64,000 bases of DNA from contig MU006014.1 of NCBI GenBank assembly GCA_010093745.1, positions 1 to 64,000 of the forward strand, written 5' to 3'. Position 1 is the first letter of the stretch, and each line of letters begins with the position of its first letter. Below the pieces are notes generated by a model that had not been told where the DNA came from, did not search any database, and saw nothing but the letters and a program-made list of their open reading frames with translations. Below are positions 25,024 through 37,941 of the stretch, piece by piece. Made by a program: the position numbers and the translations under genes. Source of the stretch: Piedraia hortae CBS 480.64. Its lineage: Eukaryota.

Positions 25024-26452
25024 TACCTTATGGCGCAATAGGATTATCCAGACGATTAGGCAGTGGAGATTGCAATTGACAGCTTGAAAGTGAGGAGAGT
25101 CTAATAAAGATGGACGATGTCCACCTTCTCCCAAATGGTGTAACAGAACGTAACGAATGCTGCCGCATGCCTTGTAGGTATTTAGCTCTCGTGGGTGAGA
25201 GTGCACAGCGACCCGAAGAGGGCGGAGCGATAGACGGAAACAGGGACAGGAAAGATGTAGATGTGTGTAAGTCAAAATACCAGTTGCAGCATGGTAGTGT
25301 GAATGACTATTTTCAATAAGGGGACGTTCAGAATGAAAATTCTGTTCCGGTGGGCCGGTGACGTCACGTCGTACACTAGCGGGGCGTATTCACCATGTCA
25401 CATATGACATGACCCTGAGGGAAAACCTCTGTGAGGCAAAAACCTAGGGTGCAGCTGGTAGTGTAGGAGGTATCGCTGACTTGCTATGCAAGTGCCCTGC
25501 ATACGCGCTAGCGGCGATGCTTGAATCCAACATGCCTCTCTCGACAGCCAAGAGTGGCTGCAGGCTAAGTCCGGTAAAATTTTGTATTCCGCAGAGACGC
25601 GGCGAAGTCCTCTAGCCCTCGCAGGATCCATGTCAGGTAATCGTCTCTCTTTTTATGACTCAAGATTATTCTTGGTGAGCACCAGAGCTAGTGCCAAATC
25701 TTCCAGCGCGCGATGGCATGTCTGCAGTGAACCAGGTGATCTTATGATTTTCTTCGCCTACAGCTGTAGTTGAAAACCGCGTTCTTGTAATTGAAGTGTG
25801 TAATTGAAGTGTCTGTGGTAGGCTACAAAGGCTCCATGCCGGTTCTGACTGCGAGCAGCCTGTGAAAAGCCGGCCGATCGAGGTGGAGCCAGTCGTGCTC
25901 TCGGATTGCGTACCGCGGCGTTCACTTCCTGTACGACCTAGACAGCTTGGGAGCTACTTATACGAAGTGACTCTGCACGTGGTCTTCGAAGATTTTCTTG
26001 GCTTCCGCTATAATCCCGGTTGTGGTGGTCTGGCTTCCACATCTCTGGGCCTGCTGCAAATATTCTGGATATCTCATCCGCGAGAGCGTTGCCCACAGCT
26101 TGGCAGTGTCTAATGCGTCACTTCACTTCGAAGTCGTAGAGTTTGTCATTCTGGTGGACTTTTAAAAAGCCCAGTGCGATGAGACAGACACAACATGGTT
26201 GACTGTGTAATGCCAAGGTTCGGCCACACCTCCTTGACTCGCATACGTCATACCTTCCTTTCTTGTATGACCTTGGCACACAATGAGAATTTTACGTCAG
26301 ATCGTAAATCACGTGTACAGTCAACAGTGACGCTTCACTGCATGTATAACGACACACACACTGCTCCTCCTCCTGAACTCTACCGCTTCTACATCCTAAA
26401 CTCTTCCTGTCTACGATCGCCTTAAATTTTTACCATTATTACTCTGAGTATC

Positions 26453-29400
26453 ATGACGCTTCCACCAATGATCGTCTCCGGCAACCGCGATGCCGACGTT
26501 AAGGCGGTAAGTAAAGATATGTGTAGATTCAAGCCGGAGAAGTTTGGCGATCTACTGCCCAATGACATTCCCCATGATGCAACGCGACGAAATGAAGAAG
26601 ATTTCATTCGCAGGTTCTTTACCGAAGAGGATATTTACATCCGAGGTGGCGCATTTGGCGAAGGCAAGGGTTTCCGCTTCCTGAAACAAGTTCTCTGGTC
26701 CATTGCCACCTACAACCATGAGCAGCGCATCCCTGCCATTGCCGAAGAGTGGCTTGCAAGCAACATGTCCATCTGGACCGATCCGGAAAATATCCCATAC
26801 CTCATGCGCTCAGATGTAGCTCCAATGACCTTCTTCCACGAGGATCAGGTTGCTATGTACAGCGATAAGCTGCTGCGTCGGGTCATCCGCCATATTCAGT
26901 ACAAAATCAAGTGCCACGCGGTCAAGTACCGCATCCTTTGTGCTCCACTGCCGACTATGGAGGCTGATGACATGGGGTTTCCGAAGCCAGGACAAAATTA
27001 TAAGCAGACTTCGCTATATGACCAGATGCCTCCCGCTGCACTTGAAACTCTTCCGTATGGCACGACACAGCCTGGCGGCGCCATGCACGCCCCTCAATCT
27101 GACAGGACCGATACTACCTCGACGATCGAGGCCGCTGCCAGGGATATAATCAGCGTGCAATCAATGCAGGGCGATGAACAGGTCGAACAGCGGGCCACGC
27201 CCAGCCTTCAAACAATTCCTGAGCAGCTTTCCCATCAGCCCCATGAGACTGACTCGCAGAAGGTTGGGAAGGCTCATTCACGGGGTCTTAATCGGGTTAA
27301 TTCGCAGGCCTCTGCGCTGTTCAACCGCCAGGTCATACAGCAAGCGTATTTCCAGCCTCAAGGGCACGCGTATCCGCTGAACAGGGGACAAGCTAATCCA
27401 CAAGCTTATGTGCCGCCATATAAGCATCCATATGGACCTCCTCAAGTACAGCCACATGAACCGCCCTATCAGCATTATGGACCGGTTTCTTGGCAGACCA
27501 ACGGATACTCCCCTCCGGTCTATGCCTCTTCCGATCAACAACTCATTTACGTGGCAGAAAATACTAGGGTCCTTTCCAATGAGAAGGAGAGGCCAAATAT
27601 TTTAGGCAACAGCAAAAAGCATGCTACCACTGAAACTGTCAACTCAGAGCGAGCGTCTCCAGTACAAACGGAACCGTCTCTTGTACAGAAGGAAATGTCT
27701 CCCGTTCAGAAGGTACAGCCTCTCGCGCAGCAAGCACCGCCACATTCTGCGCAGCAGGAGCCTGTTGGACGAGATGTTGGCTTGCCACAGCCAACTGTGA
27801 GCAGCTCGAATAAGGAAACCCGCATGATCAACGATCCCGTTTCCGGTGAAGATCAGTACCCGTCTTCCCGAAAAGCCACTCCACTATCCAGTGACAAAGC
27901 GGGTTCTTCCCAGCCGACTCAAGCAGAACAAAGCTCGAGGGTCCAGACTAGCAGCGAAACAGATGCTTCTGTTACTGAAAGCCGAATGAATAAAGAAACG
28001 GCCCAGCCTCCTGCTGTTGCTGTTGCTGATGTTGGAACTGGCCCTGCCTACCAGCTGGCAGAGCAGGTACAGACTAAGTCTGCCGACATCGATAAAGTCA
28101 AAACCACCCAGGAAAGTAGAGTAAAGGCCAAGGCGAGAGACTCGAAGCAGATTGACAAGGGCAGAATTGATCCAAAATCCAAGGCTACCATTACTCCACC
28201 CTCCCAGCCAAAAGACGAGGAAGCACGAGCTAACCTTGATTGCCGGGTTGGTACTACGCATATTGGCGAGGGGGCCACGGAAGTTGAGGAGTTGTTTTTG
28301 TTTAGGATGACACACAAAATTTCTGCCGCAGAAGCACTCAAGCTACTGCGCGACACCTACAGCGGCGTTGAAGACGTTTTCCGCATCTCTTTGTCGCAAA
28401 AAACGAGGGTTTACAAGATAATAATGAGCGGCACCTCGCATGCCCGGCAGCTGCTGGATGAGAACCGTGCCTTGCCTGCGCATCGCAGGCTAGCAATTGA
28501 AGTGCCACATAAATACCACACGAGTCATAGAAGGTCTTGGGATCACGCTCCATTCGGACAAAGTACTGGTAGTTCTACATTGCGCTCGTCGCAGGATTCC
28601 CATCGTCCGTCAAAGAGGGGTTCAAGGAGAAAGTCTAAGAAAAGCCTTTCGCAAAATTACGACGCAAAGTTGGATGTCACGAAGCCTTGGGAGCCCGCAA
28701 AGGCCAAAGCACAGAGTAAAGAGCATTTGCAAGGACCTAAGATTGACCAACACCGAAATGAAGTCCTGAAGACAGGCCCTCCTGCCTTAAAAGATGACAA
28801 TCCGGATGTAGCACCAAAAGCATCTGGTAGACTGGCATATCGAACATTTGCGGAGGCTGTTGCAAGCGGGAGAGAGTCTTCTGTCGCAAGAAAGGCTCAG
28901 CCTGCCGCTAATGACACAAAGGGTATAGCAAACAAGCCTGCAACGACGGTCACTCCACTCATTACCAAACAGCTGGAAACGGCAAAGAGAAAATCTGCCG
29001 TACGAGATATTGAGGCCAATGTACCCATACACACCGCATTCGCAGTCTCCCCCGCAGCTATACGGGGAAAAGGTGGCACAATGGAGTTAAGTGCATCTAA
29101 AACTGATCTATCACGCACTAGAGGGTCTTTACCAGCAAAGGATGAGTCGGTTGCAGAGTATACCAAAAAGACTGCCAAAAACCTGCTCACGGGTGCGTTC
29201 GATGTCGTCAAAACCAGCACCGTCTCAACTGACGCGACCGAAGCGAATGACATGATCAAGGGTGCGTCCGAACCGGGGGTTTCCTGCCAAGCATTTGGCC
29301 ACATGCTTGCAGAGCTCGAGGACAAGCCAAATGAGTTCTGCGGCTCAATTGGGATTCCCGAGAAGAAATCTAAATCTTGGTTTGAAGAGATGAAAGGGGC

Positions 29401-29575
29401 AACCGAAATGACTAAAGCCACTGCATTAAAAGCCGAAACGGCCCAGCATATAGATAAAGAGGAGGATCTTGCCGAGGCTGAGTTACACCAGCCAATCTAC
29501 TCAAGGAAGCGCAAGAAGGACAAAAACTACAAGAACAGCGACTCGGCAAATGAAAGCTGGCCGTCTGAGATATGA
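26453..29575 (+). CDS. Hypothetical 1040-aa protein: globular N-terminal domain, Q/P/S-rich linker and possible degenerate RRM
   Basis: Uninterrupted 3.1-kb ORF in an otherwise decayed region. The alpha/beta-like segment ELFLFRMTHK...VEDVFRI...VYKIIMSGTSHARQLL may be RRM-like (uncertain). Confidence 0.75.
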   Translation: MTLPPMIVSGNRDADVKAVSKDMCRFKPEKFGDLLPNDIPHDATRRNEEDFIRRFFTEEDIYIRGGAFGEGKGFRFLKQVLWSIATYNHEQRIPAIAEEWLASNMSIWTDPENIPYLMRSDVAPMTFFHEDQVAMYSDKLLRRVIRHIQYKIKCHAVKYRILCAPLPTMEADDMGFPKPGQNYKQTSLYDQMPPAALETLPYGTTQPGGAMHAPQSDRTDTTSTIEAAARDIISVQSMQGDEQVEQRATPSLQTIPEQLSHQPHETDSQKVGKAHSRGLNRVNSQASALFNRQVIQQAYFQPQGHAYPLNRGQANPQAYVPPYKHPYGPPQVQPHEPPYQHYGPVSWQTNGYSPPVYASSDQQLIYVAENTRVLSNEKERPNILGNSKKHATTETVNSERASPVQTEPSLVQKEMSPVQKVQPLAQQAPPHSAQQEPVGRDVGLPQPTVSSSNKETRMINDPVSGEDQYPSSRKATPLSSDKAGSSQPTQAEQSSRVQTSSETDASVTESRMNKETAQPPAVAVADVGTGPAYQLAEQVQTKSADIDKVKTTQESRVKAKARDSKQIDKGRIDPKSKATITPPSQPKDEEARANLDCRVGTTHIGEGATEVEELFLFRMTHKISAAEALKLLRDTYSGVEDVFRISLSQKTRVYKIIMSGTSHARQLLDENRALPAHRRLAIEVPHKYHTSHRRSWDHAPFGQSTGSSTLRSSQDSHRPSKRGSRRKSKKSLSQNYDAKLDVTKPWEPAKAKAQSKEHLQGPKIDQHRNEVLKTGPPALKDDNPDVAPKASGRLAYRTFAEAVASGRESSVARKAQPAANDTKGIANKPATTVTPLITKQLETAKRKSAVRDIEANVPIHTAFAVSPAAIRGKGGTMELSASKTDLSRTRGSLPAKDESVAEYTKKTAKNLLTGAFDVVKTSTVSTDATEANDMIKGASEPGVSCQAFGHMLAELEDKPNEFCGSIGIPEKKSKSWFEEMKGATEMTKATALKAETAQHIDKEEDLAEAELHQPIYSRKRKKDKNYKNSDSANESWPSEI

Positions 29576-30677
29576 CATAACCCTTACCAGGAAGATACAT
29601 AAGACGAGTGGACAGCAGTATTCATCATCTTCTTCTCATTTCCTTCCCACATCTCCACCATCTCTCCATTATCTCGATTTATCCACTCTCACATCTCACC
29701 TTGTTCTATTGCGCCGATGAGCCACCACTGTCGGTGATACCAGCTGGCTTATAGCAACGGCGGCAGTTGACCCAGTGGATACGAGTCATGCGATTAAAAC
29801 CCAAGTTTTGATCGATTCGGCACAACAATATGTAGTTGTTGCAGGAATAGCTTTAGAAATACCTAAGACGATGCTTGTCGGAGCTTATTTAGTATAAAGG
29901 AGACTCTCAGATCAACCCGGCGGAAACGAGACTGAGATATCTACCTATATTCGTCTCCAACTCAAATGACTATTTTCTGCCAATGTGACGCATCAGCGCC
30001 ATAGGCCGTTCCGCCTACCGACTCCAGCCCTATAACACTATGACAGGGGTGGCGGTATCTACCAGAAACATCCTTGTCTCGCCCCCGCTTTTCGTCTGCC
30101 AGTGAGGTACAGGCATCTCACCTTTTGTTCTCTTTAGTCTGTGCTTTCATGTAGATAGGGACCTGATCCCCAAAGGATCGGGGTATAGACTTAAATATAT
30201 TTTTCTCTCTCTTGCTCTTGAGGAGCTCTCTCCCTCATAATGCAAGTGGTAGGTGCCCTACCGAGTTGGGTGCTCTTTGGTCTCAGTTTTGCAAAATGGC
30301 AGGCTTCCTCTGATGTTCAATGTAGACTAGCGAGAAGGCAGTGATAATGAATGCCTGTCCATGGAGGCTTCTGGCGTTAGAGCCATCAACACGTCCTTGA
30401 GAGGGCACTAAGACATGACTGGAACAAAAACTTGGAGAGTGATAGTTCGTTCATGACATTTTTGGGTGCGCATTATGTGGCTTTACGAAGCGAATTCACG
30501 CACAACAGTGTTAGACTACCTCTATCACGTCCTTCCGACGTTCTACAAGGGATCGATGAAAGTGCGGTATGAAACTGAGGTATTGTCTAAGGTATCTCTA
30601 GCTTCAACGGTCGAGCGGCGAGGAGCCGCTGTTGAACCTTAGTTCTACATCACCTGTTCCAAGACACACAATTAGGG

Positions 30678-32521
30678 CTAGGGAAGTTTGTATTTTACCC
30701 AGGGTGTAACCAACATGGCTTTCCCATCTTTTTCAGTGAGAAATGAGCACCACGGCACAGGGGTGCGATAGGAAATTGACGTGGAGGGTGACTCGGCATG
30801 AGTATTATGCTTTGAACCTGCAACATTGGCGATTTGCTCCACGTCAATCATTTGCGCGTATGTTAGTCGTTGCTCCAATTGATTCTGATCAAGCGTGCCG
30901 AAAATAATCGCGCTTCTCACTGGCCATTGATTGGTGCATAAATGGGTGACAAATTGCTGTCAGAAGACTCCGGTACCCACTTAAGTGAGTTGGAGGTTTC
31001 ATTGCCAGACTTACAGCACGTATGCTTAAGGAAAGATTAGATCCTTGAACACGTCCATGTCAAGGATATCCCCAGTTCTAACCCTATACCCTTTAGAATC
31101 CTTGTTATGAGTCTCATTCCTCAACAGGTTGCAAGATTTCACAAAATATCAAAACTGTAATCCGCAAGATTCGGAGCATATCGACCAAGAACGAGTCCTG
31201 GTGTCATGATATCGTCACCATTCTGAAGAGTGCTTCGCATGTCAGTTATGAGAAGGATGCTGTAGCTGTAGGGACTTACCGTCCTGTTTTCGGTGAGAGA
31301 TAAAGCTCCTTTAGACGAGAAAAGATCGGCGGCTTCACGTCCTCGTAAAAAGTTGTATGGGCCAGACTTAGGGGTCCTCGTATTTGACATGTCGAAAGCC
31401 TTGGGCAAAACAATCCCAGGCTCTCCGGAATGCTAGAGTCAAAGCAATGACGAGCTGCAAAAGTAAGGTCTCCAAGCCCAGGGGGGGCGGGAAACCAATT
31501 GGTGAAAGTCGTCATTTATCAATGAAGAAGCTTGCAGACCGAGCCACCGGAAATAGTTGCCAATGGAGAGGACAGTAGATCTGGTGAGTTTCGAAATTTT
31601 CTCAAGGTCTGACCCGCAAAGTTTCGCATCATTCCATCCAAGGCATAGGCTTGTCAGGTTTGTTAAATCGTCTACGGCTTCAAAAAGTCTGTAAGACCAG
31701 CCTCTCGTCGTTATGGTAAGTTTTCTTAGGCCCGTTGTTAGACAAAGGAGGGTGGCGAAAACGGACTGGCCAATCTGATCTCCAAGCTCCTCTAGGGCCG
31801 GAAAAACAATCATTGGCTAGCCAACCAGGCTATTGACCACTATTGAATCTATATTGAGGCTGAATGTGAGCGTATTAAATTTGGTCAAGTGCAGTGCAGC
31901 ATGACAGAAGGCTTCAGTCGCTTCTTCAGTGCTTTCGCTGGTATCGACGCAAGATATGAATTGGACCAGGCCTGTCAGTGGCCGCATCAAATGCAGAAAG
32001 GAATGATCAGGGCTGCGTAAACTTGTAAAATAATGGCAGGCGAGCACCTTCACATTCGGGCATTTAACAGGAATGAGCATCCTGACGTTGTTTTCCATCT
32101 TCGTGGACGGCAGACTCAAACACCCTAAATTAGGATGCAAATATTGCCCGAAACAGGAAATTTTCAGATACTCGGATTTGATATTGTCGTTGAGGCAAAG
32201 ATGGGAGAGGCGTGGGAAGGCGAGTCTCTGGGTCGAACGACAATCCGCAAGCCGGTGCCCTAACATGCCGCTCCCCTTTCTGACATGACTAATACTCCGA
32301 GCTTTATTGGCGTAGTATTGTTTCCGCATAGATGAGAGTGTTGTGAATGCTCTCAAAGGAGCCGTGCTCCATTTGAATTCCATCGTAACTTCCTCCCAGA
32401 CTTTACAGACTTGTATCACGCTAAGCAATGTGCTCGAGTCATGCTTGAAGTGTTCCATGACCTTCAGAACAATTTCGGTAGGCAAAGAGGAAACAAATGT
32501 TGCGCCGCTACTAGTAGACAT
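30678..32521 (-). pseudogene. F-box/LRR-like protein pseudogene
   Basis: N-terminal F-box-like LPTEIVLKVMEHF....TLLSVIQVCKVW followed by LxxLxL repeats. In-frame TAG at 31817-31819, then further frameshifted fragments; the 3' end is approximate. Confidence 0.7.
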
Positions 32522-33807
32522 CTAATTTGTTGTGATGCCGTGGTGTTGAGAAAAACAACGATGTGAGCAGTGTCGTAGCCTCTCACGATTCCCACGTCAC
32601 ATATCTGTTATGGTCGCCGTTGAAGGTGCTTTGGGATGAGAAAAGTTAGTCTACTTCACCTTGGAGCGGCCTGGTTTAAGTGAGGAGTAAACGACGATAC
32701 ACAGCTGGATCAAATCGCCTTTGGGTCCCAAACTTTGCCTTGGAAGGCAATGTCTGGGGTAAGGATTGCTTTCACCTCGTTTATGGCTGCCTTTTGTACA
32801 TATCTCCTAGTCTTACCGTGCTGTATCTATTCTAGTAAGCGTAAAAATCTCGAGCCCCATGATGTTACCGGCCTTTGGGCCTGGAAGTTGGGCCAATACA
32901 TGCACCAATAGTACGTTCACACCACATGTAAATAACGAGATTCTGAACACGATGATTGGGTCAAAGACACGCAATCCCGCTTTTCCGTCTTACACGAACT
33001 TGATATGTTGTTATGAATTGCTGTGTAATGTGTGCTGAAGCGTTCTTTTCACCAACCATTGCATGCACTGTGTCCGCATGTCCTTTTCTCCCCCTTTGTT
33101 GAAGTTCGAAACTAGCAACCAAAGGACATGATACCTGAATGACAAGCAAAACAAACAACCAGCGAAACTGCCGAAAAACCTCTTCCGCAGTGTTTCATCC
33201 TGTAGATTGACTTCTCCTTACTTCTGCTAGACACCAAGAGTGGTCGCGACCACCTTTCGCCATTGCCTCTGTTGGCACTCCTGAAGCACTAGTTTTCCAC
33301 TTTCGCAAGTTGGCTGGAGTGTGACCGGTGAGGGTCGTCTAGTAGCTTTTTAACGAGATCCTCTTCGTTCAAAGCAAGCGGAAAATATCCGGGATCAGCC
33401 ACTATCTCTTGTGTCCGTCGCGAAAGCCTTCACGTCCCATTCGACCCCTTTATCTACCTCAACGCTCTTAGTTCATGTAACGGGTCATCTTGCCATCCGG
33501 AAGGATTAGCTGGGGCAGTTTCTCGATCGCGCCGTATTCACTCGATGACTTTCGCATCTCTGCGTGGGAAAGCCCTTGATGTAGCGCTAGTCAGAAACCT
33601 CATAAGGCTCCGACGCATGCAATGTGTTGCATTCCTACCACCCCACCGGCCTTCAGAAGATCGAGGGCCTGAGGCGTCGCTTGACTCATTGACCCAGGAA
33701 CATAATGTTTGGAAACAGTAGTGAAACAGCGCTCTGTCGCATGACCAATCTGGAAAGAATATTCATGTGTGTTATAGGTAGTCTGTCATGCAATCCCAGC
33801 ATGAAAT

Positions 33808-33909
33808 GGCAACGTAGCAAAGTGGTTAATGCGATTGACTAGAACACCTGATTTCAGGTCTCGTGATCAATTCTCTTCGGAGGCGTAGGTTCGAATCCTG
33901 CCGTTGTCG
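33808..33909 (+). tRNA. tRNA-Ser (anticodon AGA) with 21-nt intron
   Basis: Acceptor stem GGCAACG/CGTTGTC, D loop AGTGGTTAA, anticodon stem ATTGA/TCAAT with AGA at 33841-33843, intron 33845-33865 after position 37, long variable arm, T arm GTAGG-TTCGAAT-CCTGC and discriminator G. Confidence 0.93.
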
Positions 33910-36279
33910 GGTATAATATTTTTCATTTCCCTATTTTCTTTGCCAGAATGTATCTTTACTCCTCCGCTGAGCAGGGAGGATTTGTGAGATGGGGAATTAT
34001 AGGCTAGTAGTCAATAGGAAGGGCGTGCGAATGAAAATAATGAATGGCGAGGGCATTTGATGCCTGAGGTATCAACCCACTGCAGGGACGCTTTTTCCGA
34101 CAGCTTGTTCTCTAGGCCTATTTTCAACACTTCTTCTGTTGTCTTGTTTTCAGACGTATGCGTTGCGAAAGGACTTCCAACTGAATATCAGTGACGGGGA
34201 AGGTGTATGTATGTCTGAGAACTTGCCCAATTGAAGCCAATTGAGCATCTCTCGGCTGTTACATCGATTGTGCGCCAGTGCGCCATGGCGCCCCGCCGAT
34301 GCGACACTAAGTTTGCGTGGAATAGTGTTGCTTCTGTAATGAGTGAAATTGAAAGAGGGCTGAAGGCACCGTGAACGAACGGACAGCGAAAAGCTAATCA
34401 CAGCTCAAGAGTGCTAACACGTCACGACAACAAAGAGATACTAGCAGGAGTATACAGGGATCTTAGTGTGAGACGGTAAAACCCTCTCATGCAGTATACA
34501 GCCAGGTCGCCTTTGCCAGCATGGATAGAGGTTGAGGCTTCTCAAGGTTTTCACCTCTCTAGAGGAGGTTCCCCTGGGACGCGTCATCGTCTCATTCATG
34601 TTCTTGCATGTTTCGATGACATTGTTCTGGCGAATGCGGCTAGACTGAGATAGAGTGGAGAAGGTTTCTCCGACTTCACTTCATAAAAATAGACATCTAC
34701 AACCACCTCTTGATCAGGGTTGAGTGCACACATCTGTCTTTGATCTAAGTTCCACTTTAGTCCTCGGAGATTCACCCATCCGACATTTAGTGATCCCAGG
34801 CATCTATATGAAGAGCTGAAAATAGGGACTGAGACTGGATGACGAAGCCGCCACCCCTACGATGTTACATCCAAGTCAAGGACACACTGATGCACACCCA
34901 TTGAAATACCTATATTCTCCATGCAAGAGTCGTGAAGTTTGATTGTTAGGGACCTGGTGTAACATGAGCAACCCAAGAGGTTCTACGCCAGGAAAGTTAA
35001 CAAGCGAAGAGATTCCGGGAAGCCAGAATCGTCGAGTAAGCTTTTATGACTTGCAATAGTCACAATTTTTCTGCAAAGGATGAATGCAACGACAACGCGT
35101 AGGGCCGCAGAGCCAAGGCGCAAAACACACTTATATATCCTGTACCTTGGCCATGCGTACCCTTGTTTAGCATATTTGCTTCGGTTTCGGTTGACCACGA
35201 AGTCAATGGGAAGAAACTGCCTGGACATCAGCACCAATTGAAGGAAGTTTCACAACGCCACCAGCTTTGAGATATAAGAGGTTGCAAGCCAAGGTCACTG
35301 TCAAAGTCTGCAATGAAAAGACAGACGACGGTCTTGTTCTTCCAGTAAGATGGGTATTGACCTACAAGATAGACAGCGAAGCTCTAAACGCGAATGTGCG
35401 CAAGAGGAAATTTTCAGTTGGTGACTGAAGATGATGCTTGGCAACAAGAACGTTTAGGAACTTGCGACTTCGGAACTGGACAGTTGCTTACTGTGAACGC
35501 ACCTTGAATGCGCCTATCAATCTGGATTCAAGAGCTTGAACAGGTCCTGCGCCAGCGGAAAGGCTCCCATAAATTGCCCACAACTACGAAGTCGTCGTTC
35601 AACGAGCTTGTCGGGATGCTCTCCTACCATGGATTGGAAGAATTCCCTGAAGAGCCATATGTATTTGCCTGAAAACCATTATAATTTCTTCGATATCGCA
35701 GCGATATGCAACAAGAAATATAATATCCAAACTGAGCAAGTATTCCTACCTTAGCGGAGGGAGCGAAGGGTGGGCACTTGTGTGAGCCTCACTGGCTTTG
35801 GGGGTTAATATGCCCAATTTTCGACAAGGATTTGAAGAAGGCAATATCAGAACTTGGTAGCAGCCCAGCAGAAGCACCGACGTCGCTGGTTCCCGCTACC
35901 CGGCAATCAAGCCGGTTAAGATTGTCTAGAGATCGTTCAAACAACGGCTGTGGGCCGTACAAAGATCACAGAGAAGCTCTACCAGACACCGGAGAAGAAA
36001 TACTCGGTTCAATCAAGTCGGCGGGTGTTGGCATCGATGTTCACAACAAACCGGACAAAGACTTGTACCAGCAGTCAATGGGCGTGTTACAGTACACAAT
36101 AATGTCGACGTAGCGTTATATCGCATACGTGATAGCTAAGATGTGGCGAAAGTCGCATTGCCAGAGCCTAGCAACGCGTCGATGCGTGAAGCATCTGAAT
36201 TCAACGAAAATTGCCCTAAACGTTCGAGCCCGCCGCTGAGAGCAGGAAAAATATCACGCACCTAATATTCTCACCATTA

Positions 36280-37520
36280 TCGTATATTCCAAGATGAAGA
36301 TTGAGACTATCGGAGAAGATCTGGTCTGCCTGCAGCGTGGAATCCTCATTTTCAACTCGGAAACCCGGCAGTACCAAATGTTATGCAGAGGGCTCGTCAT
36401 GATTGTTGGTGATAACCTGGCAGCCACCTACCTCTGCTCCCATATGTGGGGCGCCGACTTTTTTTGCCGGGTATGCTACCATTAACGTTCAAAGAACAAG
36501 CGCTGGCGACACATAATCAGACCAATGCCATTGCGAACGCCGCAAAACACGAAGAAAGTCAAAGAGCATGGGCTGTTGGGGATACGACAGCCCCTGACAG
36601 GATTCTCGAATCTTGAGGGTTTCAACGCGCACTTTGATATGCCTTATGACTTGCTGCATGGCACCATGCTCGGGTACATCAGGTACATGTGACTGGAGAC
36701 CAAAAAACGACCCGACAGTGAAGGGATTGCTGACTGATGTCGCTGTTCGGACCACAAAAATGAACCCAGACGGGTTCGAGTTCATTCGAACTGCCAAGCA
36801 GACCACTCACTGGAACGGTGCGTTTAATGGTGGCAGCTTCCGCACCCTTGTACAACTGGTCCCTCAAGGTTTGCTCTCCTTTTACGCCATTAAACGACAC
36901 ACATGCAAGATGAGGAAACTGGCGCACATATGGTTTGTGGCTGCACAGCTTACAAAGCTAATGCACGACACGACAATTTATGACCTTAAATCATGGTCCA
37001 CGGAGTTCATGTCAAGAACGTAAGACATGCTCAGGACGTGGAAAAAAAATTGTGGGGCGTGGGATCGATTAGAAGAAAGACCAACTTCCACCACTTGGCC
37101 CACATTCCAATGTGCGTCCGAGGGTTTGGGCCAGTTCTTGGTGCGAGTGTCCACGGACAAGAATCCGTGAACAAGTACCTTAGTTGTTTGTGTTGCATAC
37201 TAACAGGCACTCGCTGTCTCACGATGTCATGGCCATATATGCACTCGCCAATGGCCTTTGTTCTACTGCGGATGGAGGACTCTTTGTTCACAACAACCAC
37301 AGTATGCCTCGAGTCGAGGATGATCTTATACAATTTTCTAATTTACGGGAAATCAAAATAGAGATCGCGTTCCCCGTTAAGAAGGAGTCCAAAGCCAGTG
37401 ATATGTATCTTATTATCCAAAACGTCCTGGGTGCATTTGTCAGCGCGTTGGAAGGACTAGAGTTTTCGCATGGAACATATATGATGCTCGAGCTAACCGC
37501 ACCACGAAAATGGTGACCAT
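36280..37520 (+). mobile_element. Decayed DNA-transposase-like element (CACTA/EnSpm/Plavaka-related fungal family)
   Basis: IVGDNLAATYLCSH..GADFFCRVC and DMPYDLLHGTMLG motifs, then G..FRTLVQLVP and FHHLAHIPMCVRGFGP. Many stops and frameshifts; the element may extend upstream. Confidence 0.65.
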
Positions 37521-37941
37521 GCCATTCCTATCAGCACACATCAATAATACATAGTACGACTACGTCACCTCCAAAACCAAGCACAAGCGCACGAAGATGA
37601 GTAACCGGAGATAGGGGGTATCGTTCGTGCGCAAAATGTGCTGGATATCAGATTAGATTGATTAACAACGTCATCACGATCATATGATAATACCATTCAG
37701 GATGAATAAAATGCCCTTTCATCCTTACAATATCCTTTTGTTGAAACAAGACGCGATCAAGTCATAATCCCATTCACGACGGAAAGCAACTTCTATTCAT
37801 CTTGAATAATGGCATTCACCATGTCTCACCCGCAACTTATTCAACTACTGCGCCGACGGACATGGCAAGAATTTCGGGCATCAATTGCAGGTCTCGGCTC
37901 ATTCTACACATTAGTTTAGTTCAACTTCATTCCTGCATCAA

